Positions 17,701 to 32,059 are shown, counted from the first letter of the stretch. The stretch is DNA of 64,000 bases from Zygnema circumcarinatum SAG 698-1b (GCA_037447605.1 CM074820.1:2237779-2301778), one strand, 5' to 3'. Translations and numbers: made by a program. Notes: generated by a model not told the origin, from the letters alone.

Positions 17701-19452
17701 GAAGGGAGGCCACAGGCCAAATGGACGTGAAAGTGAACCTCTCTACAAAAAAAGGGTGTATACGGCCTGCCACGCTGTGAGACGGTGCGAGAGGACCCAG
17801 CCGGCCTTCCAGACCAGGAGCTGTAGCCTGCATGCCCTCCAAGCCAAGATTGCAGAAATGGATCGGGCTCGGTCGGACCAATCAAACAATTGAACAAGGA
17901 CAAACAATGGAACAAACAATGCTAGAGGAACAATCTGGCAATCTAGCATGATGGCAACAATCTTAAAACAGAGGCCTTCAGAGCATTCACAAATGGGCAT
18001 GCAAGGAAAACAGTTGTAAAAAAGCAAACGTCTATATGCTCCAGATATAAGAATAAAACCTACATCTAGCGCCGCGGCCGCCCATCGACGTCCGTGGAGA
18101 TCCATGAGGTTCATTCCCGCTCCATCACTGTGATCTATTGCAGCATAGTCACCGATCAGTAACGACGCCCCAAAGGAGCTCACCAACGAAATCCTTTCTG
18201 TGGCATCATAGACTTCCATTTCGTCCTCGTACATCTTTCGGATCTGGGGACCAGTGAACCTCTCATATGCTCTAGAACCAGTGAGTGCAGCCACAGTTGC
18301 TGGACCTCCAAGGGACCGTTCTATGTCATGACACTGCTTCGATGTGCTGCTGTCCATCCACACGGGACTCTTGCTGGTGGAAAATGCTTCCGCCAGCTGA
18401 GTCACAAGGCTTTCAGAGGCGCGCAAATTGTTCAAGAGCGCTCTGGCGCCCTTCCTCCAGTAGACACTGCCGTGCTGCTGACCGCTGCCAGAGATGGCGA
18501 TAACTCGGTGAAAAGGGAAGGACGCGGCCTTCAGGTTGTCAAACACAGTCTCCACCGCTTCCATCCACATTTGCGGAGGTGCTGTGATTCGATTTTTGTC
18601 GTGAGGATCACGATGCACGCCATCCTTTGTGCCGTAATGGGGTAAAGCCGAGTCGTATTGAATTGCCTCAGATGAAAATATGCGAAGCTGTGAATCGAGT
18701 GCAGTTACCTTCATGGACCTGTCGGGAGGTTTAGGACACAAGAACAATAATGAGACTTTGTAAAAAGGGACTTAATTGCCTTGTCCTGCACGTTTTTCAA
18801 CAGGCTTGTATACTCCACCGCCGTCTTCATGTTATTTCTGTGTTACGTCGCTTTCAAGTGGCCTGTTCTTCCACCTCCAAACAACGTGCTGAGCATGGGC
18901 TTTGGCTGGCTTCAACCCAACCAAAAAGCATTCTCAGCACATTGCGCGATACAAAATTAGCGAAAGGTTTCTCCTACTCTCAAATTTTCCGCATTACTTA
19001 CTTTCTGCCTTTGCTGATTGCAAGTGCTAAAATTGCTATATCCACTTGCATTTGTTCGCAAATTTCTCATGAATTTCTCATGGATTCTCATTTATTTCTC
19101 ATGGATTCTCATTTTTCATTTCTCAATTCCAAAACTTGATTTTATTTCCTATTTCAGAGACCTGTTCCAAGAGGTTTTAGCGAATATCAATTCCCGTCGC
19201 ACACCAATATTAGCATCAGCGAAGATAAGGAGCACGGCTAAATGAATTAAATATTAACAGCTTCTCACTTTCCAAACAGGCAGCACCTCCATCCTTAAGC
19301 TTGATGCAGCAACAGAGACGGTGAAGTGAAAAGCAAGCGAGCGACAGCAAAGGGGCAAGCAAGGGGCGGGCGAGAGAGAGAGCGCACTGCGTGGAGCAGT
19401 CGAGGCCCAGCGCGAGCCCCTCCGCCGGCAGAGCACGCGCCGCACCCGCCAT
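14780..19452 (-). CDS. XK2: Xylulose kinase (FGGY family, plant XK2 / XYLB-like), 11 coding exons
   Basis: Exons 19452-19388 (MAGAARALPAEGLALGLDCSTQ), 18718-18064 (SGSGQQHGSVYW, WMDSST, GSRAYERFTGPQIRK), 17827-17739, 17477-17412 (WSGDNPCSLAG), 17217-17160 (AISFGTSDT), 17039-16919 (GHVFPNPVD), 16749-16675, 16298-16245, 16134-16049, 15815-15641 (ATGGGSGN), 15033-14780 (SASLGAALRAFHGW...RRLTD*). Confidence 0.95.
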
Positions 19453-19783
19453 GCCCCCGCCCTGCCCCCGCCCTCCGCTCTCCTGCTCTCTCTCAGCGCC
19501 CCGCCCCGCCCTGCTCAACACCGCGCGCTCTACAAGGACCCGCACGCGCACGCGCACGCGCACTCGTACTCGCTCGGCGACCTTCGCGGCTGCTTGGAGG
19601 GAAGAGGGAGGGCTTGAAGCGTTGTTGAGCCGAGGCGGAGCTTTTTTTCTTTTGTCCTTAGATCGTAAGTGACCAGTTCCTCGTAGTTTGGTTCCCCATG
19701 ATGATTTGTCCATGCACATTTAATGGCATCGCCATCGTGAGATCAATGCCACACCTTCCTTCGCTCGCCCGCTTAAACTCACA

Positions 19784-20086
19784 ATCGAACTCGATCTCGA
19801 ACTCGATCTCGAACTCGAACTCGATCTCGAACTCGAACTCGAACTCGAACTCGAACTCGAACTCGAACTCGAACTCGAACTCGAACTCGAACTCGAACTC
19901 GAACTCGAACTCGAACTCGAACTCGAACTCGAACTCGAACTCGAACTCGAACTCGAACTCGAACTCGAACTCGAACTCGAACTCGAACTCGAACTCGAAC
20001 TCGAACTCGAACTCGAACTCGAACTCGAACTCGAACTCGAACTCGAACTCGAACTCGAACTCGAACTCGAACTCGAACTCGAACTC
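19784..20086. repeat. (CTCGAA)n hexanucleotide microsatellite, ~50 units
   Basis: Nearly perfect tandem gaactc/ctcgaa run with three ctcgat variants at the left end. Confidence 0.98.
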
Positions 20087-20095
20087 ACACTAGCA

Positions 20096-20160
20096 CATCC
20101 CATCCCCATCCCCATCCCCATCCCCATCCCCATCCCCATCCCCATCCCCATCCCCATCCC
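20096..20160. repeat. (CCCATC)n microsatellite, ~10-11 units
   Basis: Read directly; lies just upstream of the SABRE ATG. Confidence 0.95.
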
Positions 20161-20218
20161 GCTCCCGCTGCCCTGCCCTGCCCTCTCCCCCGGCGCCCGG
20201 CGGTCGGGGCGGGCGGCC

Positions 20219-20335
20219 ATGGCGCTCTCGCCGGTGGCATTCGTGCTGCTCTTCCTCACTCTCGCAACAGGCGCGTGGCTCCTCGCCAAGTGAGCTCAGC
20301 CGCCTCTCCGGCCCGCTCTTTTTTTTTTTTTTTTT

Positions 20336-20379
<44 letters not shown>

Positions 20380-23300
20380 AACTGTCTCTGCCTGCTCAGC
20401 AGGCTCACCCAGGAGATGGCCATGGGCTTCTCTGCAGGTCCTTTGCTCGGATCATCGCGCTTGCTATCAGCATTGTGACAGGAAACACAGTCAGTTTCCG
20501 CGTTTTGGGTTTACTGCGGCTGAAGGATGTTGCGATCAAGTTCAAAAAAGTGCGCGCGCTACCTCCTTCTCCTCCTTCTCCTCCCCTTCCTCACTTTTGA
20601 AGAGGTGGCATCTCTGATATGGCTAGTCCATGGAGAGAATTGAGTAGCAGGTCGCGCAAAATTTAAGTCATCATATCATGGAGGGTGTGGCATACACGAA
20701 AACCTGGATCGTCGCTGACCACAATTAGATGGCTTAGCTGCATGGGAGCACGGAGTCATGAGTATGATGCAATGTCGTAGTCTAGCGGTAATATCTTTGG
20801 TAGGAACGCAAGCAATTCGCTCAATGGGGACACTCCTTGATAATGGTTGTTTAAAATTTACGTTGGCGTATATCATTGCTTAAACCTAGAGTGCAGCATG
20901 TTTCCATGCTTGAATCTAACGATTTGAGGGATTTTTAAGTAGTGACTTAGCCTAAGTTTTTTGTTCGACTTTTTATGTTTTCTCTGCTGTTCGAGGAAAC
21001 ACTATGACTCTTTATAAATCAAGTAGTTATTGTGAGGCACAGGGCACGTGTTAGATTTCAGTGCAAACACCGTACGAATGACAACTGTGGCAGATGACAA
21101 GGATGTGTTGACCTTAGAAACTTGACAAACCTCCAAATTTTTTTCTCGCTTTCAGCTCGAGTCACTTAATTCAAGCATCTTCTAGCAGCTTGTATTTGGA
21201 AAGCCTTCTTCTCTCCGTTTGGCTGTCCCCTTTCTGCCTTGTCCTGTCTGTCTCCTCTTGTCATTGTTCCTCCTTCACGTGTCCAGATTCCACCACTTGC
21301 TGTGCTTCTGACTGCTTTTCACTCCGATCGCTTACCTTCCAGTGTTTTCCTTTATCCTGAACCCCGCCTTCTTTTCTCATTTTCTTTGCTGCCCCCGTTC
21401 TCCATGCAGGGTAGCCTCGAATCAATCTTTGTTCATGAGATGCGGGCTAATTTTTCGCAGTCCTTGCATCTGCGACTCTTACTGGCACCGTCGAACTTCA
21501 AGCTGCATCTTCAACTTCGGGATGTCGAAATCGTGGTGCGGCCCTCCCCTCCCCGCAGAGGGGCGAGGCGCAGAGGCGCGCCGGGCGGCGGCCGCGGAAA
21601 GTGGCGCCTGCTCGCGGGCCTCGCAAGGGCGCTGCACTGCTCCGCCAGCGACGTCGTTGTGCGCACCGCGCAGGTGAGCCCACCTCGCAACGATCGGGAA
21701 CCGGGGCATGGCATGCAGGCATTGGTCGATTAGCCACGCTAGCTAGCCGCTCTACGGCAAGGTATTGCGTCCTCTCTCATATGCTTCGTTCCAGCCTCTC
21801 AGTATTATCGCAGTCAATGAACACAAACTTCTCCGATTACGCTGAAAATGCTTTTTCGAGTGAAAGTCTTGTCTCTCCCATGGTTTGGCATCCTACTGAA
21901 TTCCAATTTGTTAGGTTTAATGAGTCGTCGAGATGTTGTAATATCTCAAAAATGCACCTCCATTCTTTTTGTGTTTAAATTCTGTGAATTTGTTGCGGCT
22001 TGAAAAGCTTACATTCTGCTGTAAGTCCAACATCCCGAGCCTTCACTACCGAGCACAAGAATATCCTTCTGTTTCTCCAACAGTTTGCAGAGCGCTGGAG
22101 AGCGGGAAAGCATTGTTGCCCGTAAGCAGGAGGCGAGTCTCTGCGGGTGCAGGTCGCGGAGGTATGGCTGCACGTGCGCGAGGCGGAGGCGGGTGCGCGC
22201 AGGGACGGCCCCGGCCTCGCGGTGGCGCTGGACGTGGCCGCCGCGAGCATGAGTGTGCTTCTAGACGACGGGGGGCGGGCCGCGGGGAGGCCGCTCTTCG
22301 GGCTCGGGCTCGGCCTCTTCCTGCGCCCGCCCGCCGCCGGGGAACTCTCCCGCCTCGTGGCCGTCGAGCACCTCGCCCTCGACCTCACCCTCGACCACGC
22401 CAGGTAAGGCCAGGCCAGGCCAGGGGGACCGTCAGGGGACCGTCAAGGGACCGTGAGGGGACCGTCAAGGGACCGTGTGGGGACCCACCTGAGGAGGTGG
22501 ATGCCGCCTATGTGTGAATCCGAGGCATGCTGAGCGTGGGTATGCAGAAAGAGTATGCTTCAGCATGGACTAGGTCACTGCACGCTGTTGCCCTTCTGTT
22601 GGAGAGCAGCTACTTTCGGATATCTGCAGTTATTGGGTCGACCCACGAGCGGGACTTATGACGCCCTCCCTCCTGTCTGCAAGGATCTGTATGTTAGGTG
22701 TTCGATCTGGTATGATTGACAATGAGTGCAGAGTTCAAGAGGCTCATAGGGGTGCGAGTTTTAATGAATGTCCAAAAATATATGCTCATAATGGAAGTGA
22801 AAGTGTCATGTCCTTTTTTGTGTATCTTTTACTTTATTGGATCCGTAACAATAATTTTACTGACTTTATGCAAAAAAGTTTTACAGTCGCCGCCTGGGCT
22901 CGATTGCCTTCATGAGGTAGTGAACCGGTACCACTCTCATCTCTGACTGCTCTGAGCAGATTGCTCCCTTTCTGAATCCTCCATTCTCGATTGCTCCTGG
23001 ACGAAAAGGAGTAATTTTATTCCCTCGCGCTGCGCTGCAGGGACGTGGGCGTTGTGCTCAAGACAGCCAAAGTGGCCTGCGGAGCCGTCGACCTGGACCT
23101 CACGGAGCAACTGCTTGACGTGAAGCTGCAAATGGCAGCGAAAGAGAAGGAGCCAAGTCGTGATGCCGAGGGAGAGGATGCGGTCGGAGTAGGAGATGCA
23201 CCAGCGCCGAAAAGAATTCCGCTTCAAAAGGTTCCTGAGAAGGTGAGAAGGTGGCCTGTCTGTGCAATTGTCGCTGCTGTACGTGTCGTGACATCTGTGC

Positions 23301-26300
23301 TGCAGTTAGCCTGGTCGTGCATTTCTCAGTCTCACTTTCTCCGTCGGAGTAGTTGCACTTCATCGTGTGATGTTCACAAAAAGAAATTTCCCCTGTCCTT
23401 GTTCTCATCAATGCTTTAAGCACGAGCCACACCGAGAGATTGAGCTTCCCTTGGCATTATACTTCAACAGAGTGATTTCTCCTTTTCCGATTCATCGCTA
23501 TTTTTCGGAGAGAGGACTCATTGCGAGTCTTCATTCTGTTCTCACCTGTCCCGCCGTAGGAAGCTCAACCCTGCATAACGTTCTGTAGGCCACAGTGCGA
23601 CCGCCGTAAGAGTTTACTGCTTTTGAACGCAAAAAATTCCCGAGGACTTCGCACTGTTTTGCTTTGCCGATGAGTAGAGATGCATTCGTGGGAAACTTTC
23701 GGATTCCTCGTCACATTGTTGGGTGCTGACTGGCCAATGGAAGCCAACACATCCTGAATGAGTGTGCATGCAGGTGGACTTTTCCCTCGCGGCCATCACC
23801 ATCCGCTGCGCCCTCAAGCGTGCCGACCTCGCCATGGAGCACGCGCTGCGGGGGCTATGGCTGCGCGCCGCGAAGGGCGGCAGCGGCAAACTGGACGTGG
23901 CCGCGGGATGCGGGGAGATACACGTCAGTTTTCCTGTGCCTTTCTTCGTCGTCACACGTGTCGTTCTCTCTGTGTCCCTAAACCGCTGACCCTGGCCTGG
24001 TTGTGCTCCGGCCCTGGTTTAGCGCTTTCAGAAGGTTATTGGAGGGAGCTGGAATGGCATCTTGGCGTGTTTGGACGTAACTGCAGACTGCTGACGGTGC
24101 TATTGTCGCTCGTGTGGCCAGCTGATGCGAGGAGCAGAAGGCTGTTTGCTAGAGATTGCGAAGATTGTGACGCAAACCACCATGGAATTCCCGTTTCAGG
24201 TGCACCACACATCTTCACCTTAGAGAAGCTGCGAAGCATTTTCATCCTTGTAGACTACGCTTTCATTCATTCATGATACCACTTGTGGTGGACCTCACCA
24301 GTGTCTGTTGGGTTCCCCCCACAACGCAGGGTGGTGAGCCGGGCCGTGTAGAGGCACAGGCCACGGTCCAAGGCCTGCGGGGGCGCGTGCAGCCGGCGCG
24401 TTTGGAGCCATGGCTGCGGGCCGCGGCAGAGGAGAGGCGGAGGCGGCCGGGCAGCCAAAAGACTGCGAGTGTGCCCGCGAAGGGGAAGAAGAGGAGGGCC
24501 GGAAGGGCACCCGTCGTTGCGTGGGAAGTGAGTGTCTCAGTGCCGGAGGCGGAGCTCACCGTCTGCAGCTGGGAGGGCGAGAATCTGTATCAGGTGAAGT
24601 CTGACACCCGCATCCTACAGCAACGTTTTAGATTTTTCGGCAGCTATAGTTATCTGAGAAAGGAATTAGTATCTGATCTGTAGTCTTTTTGTATTGGAGC
24701 CGTGCAAGGTTTGAGATGTCCGGTTCATGACCTTCACTGTCAGCGAACTGGGAACCTGTCGCTTGGTCTTTGTTGTGCTAAGAATGTTACGCCAAATGAC
24801 GCCTTCTGCAATAGCATGGTGGCCTTATCGTTGTCTGCCACTGAGCTTTTGCTTTTTTGACTTTTCAATAAAATAGTTTTGGAGTTTGGCTGGCAGGTGC
24901 TTGCACGACGAGGGAGTATGTTCGGGAAGGGGAGACCAACGGAAAGACTGCAGGCTCAGGCAGAGATTTGCGATCTGCAAGTTCAAATGCTCGACGTGGA
25001 GGCGGCCTTGCAGCCTTCAGAATCCCAAGGGCGGGGACAAGCGGATGGCGGCGTTGGGAGGTGCGCAGAAGAAGGGGAGGAGTGGAGGTGGAGGCGGCTG
25101 TTTGACATGCGGCGGTTGGGGGCAGAGTGGGGCCTTGCAGGGCCGGATGAGGGCGATCAAGGGGGCGACGAGAGGAAGGAGCTGAAAGAACAGAAAAGGT
25201 TAACTCTTCAGATCGGGATTTCACGTCCCCACCTAGTTTTGAGTCTCGCAACGTTGTGCACTCTACTGTCACATGCGTCAGCTGTTCAGCGGCACTTGAA
25301 AAAATTATCAAAGAAGGAGGCAGGCAGCAAAGGGAAAACGTCAACTCCGGGAGGGAGAGGAGGCTGGAAGGGAATACAGAGACTCAAGGTTGTCTGCGAT
25401 GCTATTACTGTGGAAATGAGGCACCGCATGAAAGTGGCACAGACGGATATATCTGACCCGAAAAAGATCAATTTTGGGAATCAGGGTGGAGAGGTTCTGT
25501 TCATGACCACTCCTGAAGGACTGCCACGACTTGCAGAGCTCAGACTCGCGGAGTTTAACGGCAGGTCCATGGCTGAATATGAAGTTCAGGCAAGACTCGA
25601 GTTGGCAAAAGTGACCGTGTCGTCAGATCTGGAGGACGACTGCGTTCGAGGCCGCCTTGAGAGGTGCTCTGCTGTTTACTGCGAGACCAGCCCAACTGGG
25701 GAATCTTTGGCGGAAACTCGTCTTATCGGCATCAGAATGGGCTGGCTAGTATATCAGAAAGGGCTGAAGGAGGCGAGCATTCCGGGGAGTGTGCTGATGA
25801 CTGCGCAGGGCCTCGAGGCGCGCTGGGAGCCGGACGCGCACCTCCTCCTGCAGGAACTGGCAGCCGGCCTCCGCCTTATCTGGCGAGCACAGAAGGAGCC
25901 GCCCAACCTCCGCCCTCCCTCTCCTCCCTCTGCTCCCTCTGCTCCCTCTCCTCCCTCTCCTCCCTCTGCTTCCTCTCCTCCCTCTGCTTCCTCTGCTCCC
26001 TCTGCTTCCTCCGCTGCGGAAGGGCTCGAAGGGCTCGGGGAGGGGCAGCTTGAGGGCCGTGGAGACCCCGTTCCGGGGGGGGGGAAGAAGTATGCTGATG
26101 GGCAAGGACAGCCTGCTGCGCCCAAGAAGCCGAAAATGGCTGTAGCCATCGACTTGGAGGATCTGCAATGTACAGCCATGGCAGCGGATGGCGTTGAGGC
26201 TCATCTGCGCATACGGTCGGCATTTTCTGAAGACATCGCAGTGGGTGTTCTGCTAGAAAATGTAGTTACGGGGTTCAATGCCGCCGATGTGTTCCGCAGT

Positions 26301-29300
26301 AAATCTTTACAGATGTCACGAGTACCCGCTGGGACAGAGCTGTCCGAGCTTGCGGAAGGCTCAAACGATGGCGAAAGACAGAGGGGCAGTAAAGAGGCAG
26401 AGGAGGCTGTGTGGGATGTGGTGGTATTGGGGCAGGAGGTGGAGGTGATTGTCCCTCATCGAATGGAACTTCGGGCCATCGATGATGCTATCGAGGACAT
26501 GATTAGGGTGCTGAAATTGACAATGGCTGCACATACATCAGAATTCGGGAGTGTTCCCGCAACGAAACGGAAGTTGAGCAACAGAGGAGTAAGAAGAAAA
26601 GGAGCAATCCGATTTAATCTGCAGAACGTGAGGATAGAGGTGGAGGAAGAGCCAATGCAAGCATGGCTTGATACTCATCTGCGTCTTATGAAGGAGGTAG
26701 GAAAAGAGTTTTTGGTAAGAGAGAGGCTCCTTGCAGAGCGACAGAACGAGGCAACCTCCCAGAAGTCCGGGCAGCTCGGGACAGGGAAAAGGTCGAGTGG
26801 AGAAATGGACGATATGGAAGGGAGCGGCGTCGGTTGGATTTCGGCTAAAGCATCGACTGAAACCGCAGGCGAGACTTTGGATGAAGGAACCTTCAAAGAG
26901 GCCTGGGAGAGGCTGCAACAACAACGCTTCTGTGCGTACAAAGCTGAAGTCGCAACTCTGAGCAAGTATCCTGGTTCGGGGGCAGTCAGCGAGGGCTTCC
27001 AATCGGGCTTTAGTCTGTATGCGACGAGGCGTTCACTCATGAGCGTCACATTCTCTGCACTTGAACTTGTCCTTTCCCCAATCGAGGGAGGGAGAGAGTC
27101 TGTGATAGAGAGAGTTCGTGATATGGATGAAGTGGGTCCTGCCGAGAAGATTCCCTTCTCGAGACTCTATGGCCGGGAGGTGGAGCTGACATGTTCCGAC
27201 CTCAGGTGGGAGCTGCGGAATTTCCCTTATCCTCTACTGGCAGCGAAGTCAGGCAAATGCAAGGGGGTGGCGATCCTGGCTGCTCAGGTGCGCTTTGCGG
27301 CACTTATCTCACACGAATTTATCAAATGTGCATTTTGCAAGCATCTTGCTTCTCCATGAAAGCTTCAAGGAATTCTGCGATGCTTAGATGTCTACAGGAC
27401 ATGGGATGTGGCATAAAGTTGCAGCCGCCGTTGAGTGAAGTCGCTCTGGGTGGGACTGTCCTTTGTCCGGCAAGCAGAACAATTAAGCGAGATGCCCCCT
27501 CCATCAGCCTTGCATGTTCTATGCAGCTTGAGAGGGCCTGCAGCGAGCTGGTATTGAAGTCTGAGCGTTCCCAGTACGGCCGGTTGCCTCACTCACTGCT
27601 GACTCTGAGCGGCCCTGTCCTCCTTCCGCAGGCCACAGTTTACCAGCCACAGCAGCGAATAGATGTCTTTCTTGGCCGTTGGCGCAAAGTGGGAGTCCTG
27701 CGCTCCATTAGCGGCTCCAACCCGCCCCTCAAATTTTATTCTGATGCAGTAATGGAGTTTGAAAATGGCGAGCTGTCATACGGGGTGGGTTATGAGCCTG
27801 TCCTCTACAATGATTTCAGCAATGCTATCTCTGTCGCAATAAGGAAGGGTGACTTTGGCAGGAGAAAGGAAGGTTTAGCCTCGCAGGTTGAGACAGCAGT
27901 TCGTCCGAGCGACGTGCTGAGTGCCCCTCCCGCCGCGAAGGCCAAGGAGCGCAGCCTGCCCTGGTGGGACATCATGCGCTACTATATGCACGGCCGGACG
28001 ACTATCCGCATGAATGACTGCGATTGTTACTTCCTGGCGACAGTGGACCCTTATGAGCACAAGGACCTTCTGCACATCAACTCTTCATCGCTGGTGTTTA
28101 CCGAGACGAAGGGCAACATCTTGCTCCGCTTTGAAGATGCAGAAGTCCGTATCTCCAGCGACATTCAGTCATCAAAATCGAGCTCAGCAGCCGAAAGGGA
28201 GAAAACTCTGGTTATAGACTCGCCAGTGTTTGAAATGCAGATTACCTTGGGGTGGGAATGTGGTTCGGGAAATCCCAACATGCACTATCTTCATGCTCTC
28301 CCTCAAGAAGGTAGACTTCGCAGTCAACTGTATGACCCGTTTCGCTCTAATGGACTAAACATGAGCTGGGAATGGCGCTTTACGGCAAAGGAAGGCGAGG
28401 ACGGGGCTGCTGCGGAGTTTTCAAGCAAGTCTGCTTCTGGAAAGCTGGGCTCCGAAAGGCTCCTGCAGCCGCCGTTTCCAGGGCAAGAATACCGTCGCTC
28501 GCATCCGCCATCTTCTCGCGGGTTGCCTTTCGCTGAAATGGAGAGCAGCTCAAGGGGGCAGGAGAAGAACAGAGTCCCCGCGGTCTATTTGAAGGGTCGA
28601 GATCTTGCGTGGATTTTGCGCTTCTACAAACTCATGTATTACCCTCCACATAAGTTACGGTCATTCGGACGCGCTAAGAGATTTGGAATTCCGAAAAGGC
28701 CGCGGTCGGGAAATTTCAGCTTGAGTCAGACATTATCGGAGATGCTCATCCGAGTGGACGTGTCCCCGGGATATCTCCGACGCCATGTGTCGCTCGATAG
28801 CGATGACAGTGCTGACGAGCTGGCATGGCACATGGATGGCTGCAAATATGAGCTGTGTTGGAGCAGAAATTTGAGAGCGTGGGACGGGACTGGGAAAAGG
28901 CCGTCTCTTATAACGGCTTATCAGGGCCTGGATATTGCTCGGCTACGCGTGGTGCTAGAAGAGAGTCTTTTTGATATGGGACTATCAGATGAAGATCCCC
29001 ACTCGACTCTTCCAAGGATCGAGAAGCTGAGGGAACTGCTAGGCTTTCCTGACACACTGAGATTCGAGGACGTGATTGGGAAAGGGAATGACGAAACTCT
29101 GGAGAGGCCCGACGACAAAGGCTTCCTCTTGGCTACAGACTGCGTGGCTATCCGAAAGCAGTCTCCAAAAGCTGACAACCTGCAGCTCGGGATATGGAAA
29201 GTAGGTCGGCAGTATTGGGAGGGTCGCGGCCGACAAGGCGCTCCCCTGCCTGTGGAGTGGACCGACGAAGAGGAGGTGATGTGGTCTGACGGTGCCGGCG

Positions 29301-32059
29301 AGGGCGGGCTGACCGTGTCCCTTCCCGACAACTGTTGGCGCGTCCTCGTGCACGGCCTCAAGGTCCTTTGGACGCTGCCGAACCGCGACGCGCTGTGGGC
29401 GTGGGTCGCGGACATGGCGGAGGGCGTCGCCGCGAAGAAGCCCTCGCCGGCGAGGCAGCGCGCCGCGCGGAGGAGGATGGAGGCGCTGCAGAGGAGGGCC
29501 AAGCTCGCGGCGGAGGCAGGCGATGGGGGAGGAGGGGGGGAGGCACCCAAACGAGGGGCAGGCGCATCCGCGGCAGGTGAACGAGCCACTCTCCATCGAC
29601 CTGTGTTCTCTGCGTTCTCCGTTTGTCCTCGTGCAGAACGAGGAAATTTGTGAAAGAATCTTGGGCTGACATGCGTGTAATGTCTTCAGTTATCGCTCTG
29701 AAAGGGTGTCATGGGCTGTTGAATGCACACGTCGCTGCAGAAGCGGCAGGGAAGGTGGAAGAACCCACCATGAAGTTCATCATTAGCATCATTCAGCCTC
29801 AGTTCAACCTGCATTCAGAAGATGCCAAGGTGGGTGTAGCATTTGGATTGCATTTGGATCCAGTATTTCTTGTTGTGTACATTTTTTTATGCTAGCTAGT
29901 AGATGACGTTTTAGCGTGTTTCCTTGTCGTTATGTTTGCATTGGTTGCGGGCTGCTTTCAGTGATGCATGTAGCTGAGACCACTCTACGGTACGGTGGCG
30001 TATCTGGTGACTGTTACTCACAGTATCATCATCACGTATTTCTTCCCTATCGTGCAACCTCTTCGATGTTGCCACAGTTCCTCCTCATGGACCTCTCTGC
30101 ACATCAGCATATCCTGCTTAAGCCCTCTAGCAGTGCGTATCATCCTGGACACAGAAAGAGCTGAGGCCTGTTTCTGAGCCCCGGTTTCCTTTTCCAGGGC
30201 CGCTTTCTGCTGGCCGCGGCAAGCGGGCAAGTGTTGGCCCGCACCTTCCACTCCCTCGTGTACGCGGGGGCGGAGCTGCTGAGCGGGTCCATGAGCCGCG
30301 ACGAGGCCCTGCAGGTCGGCGGGCAGTCCTCCCTCATCACGTGGAAGAAGCACGAGCTGTCGGTGCTCCTCGAGGACGTGCAGGCCCACGTGGCCCTAAC
30401 TGACGTGGACCCCACCGCCCCCATCCAGTGGCTCCCGAAGGTGCCCACGGGCGGCCCGCCGGCCGGCGAGGGCGGCCGCCTCCTGCGCCGCGTCTTCCGG
30501 CCCTGCGCGATGTACTTCCAGTTCGCGCGGCACAAGGGAGGGGGAGATACCGCCAAGGTAGGGGGGACATCCACCCACCCAGAAGAGCATATGGATGGAT
30601 GGATGGATGGATGGATGGGGGGCTTCAACTATAGAGGGCAGAGGGCGCGTGGGCTCGTTCCTGACGGCTGCATGTGGGTGATTGATTGCTTCTGTGTTCG
30701 GAATGCAGGTGAAGCCTCTGACAGAAATCTCCTTCAACTCTCCAAACATCGCCGCCACTATGGATTCACGCCAATTCCAGATTCTCGTTGACGTGATCAG
30801 CAATCTCATTTTGGCACGCCTCCCCAAGTACATGGCTATCCTACTGAAAGCTTTGTATTCTCATGAGCGCGGTTGTCATTAGATTTTAACTCGTCAGGGC
30901 ACTCCTGGAAGACTGTCAAGGTGGTAATCGGAACGAGGGTGCCATCTTTTTTTTCCATTACTAAGCTTGGAGTCAGACCTCTGCATATGTGACGTGCTGC
31001 AGGAAATCAAAGGCGGGTTTTGCGAGCGGAGAGGAGGAAGATGGCGATGATGTTGCGCCCGAAGTGATGCCGGAAGGCATCGAGGAGGTGGAATTGGCGC
31101 GCATCGATGTGGAAAAAGCAGAGAGAGAGGCGAGACTGCTTGTTCGCGACATTGAGCACATTCACGAAAGGTCGCTCGCAGATGGTGGAAGCCATGGCGA
31201 ACTTTCACATTCTGGAAACTCGAGAGGGGGACGTTTATGGATGCTGTCTTGCAGCAGGCAGCAGCTTGTGAGCTCACTGCCTCCAGTCTGTCTTTCCCAT
31301 GTGCTCGTCGGGTGAACCATGGGTGCATTTAAAGGTGCTAAAGCAGTGAAATGCCCTGAAACTGCTGAATAGAGGTCAAGTTATGCCCTCTTTGCTTGCC
31401 TGCTCTCTATTCTCCTACTGAGGAGGAGGAGGCGAGAAAAGAAACAAAGTAAATAGAAGAGAGTAGAGAAAGTTATGGAAAGTAAAGACCATTTTTGGGA
31501 GTAATAGGCGATGGAGACATTCCCTGGCTATCTTTGGAGAGGCATCCGTGACCGGTCAAGTTGGAACGTGCTGCTTGCTGGGAGCAGATGACCCGCCTGG
31601 AAATGGAGCTGCAGAGCCGGCGGCGAGTGCGGCAGGAGGCCTGCAGCGGCCTGCGCAGCGTTGTGCAGCAACACCAGGAGAAGCAGAAGAGCCCGCGAGC
31701 GGCCATGGCTATCTCGTGGGCCATTGACAAAATCGTCTGGACTCTTTTAGACGGCGAAGCTTTCGCGGAGGCGGAGATTAGTAGAATGGTGGGAACACCA
31801 CCGTTCGACATGTTTCCATGCTTTTTGTCCCCTGCCCTGCCCTGCCCTGCCCTGCCCTGTTTCCCTCACTCTGAAAGATGTCCTGGTTGTGTTGTCCATG
31901 ATGGCAGATTTTGAACGTGGACCGCGACTTCAAGGACGTCGGCAAGGCGGAGTTCGTGGTGCAGGCCGTCGCCGTGCGCAACCTCGCGCCGGGCGCGCCC
32001 ACCGCGCTCGCCGCCTGGAACCCCCCCCCCGACTGGGGCAGGTGCGCTGCGTGGCGGGG

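Noticed and set aside
19698-20289. (SN)n and poly-Ser ORFs
   Set aside because: Translations of the (CTCGAA)n microsatellite in an intergenic promoter.
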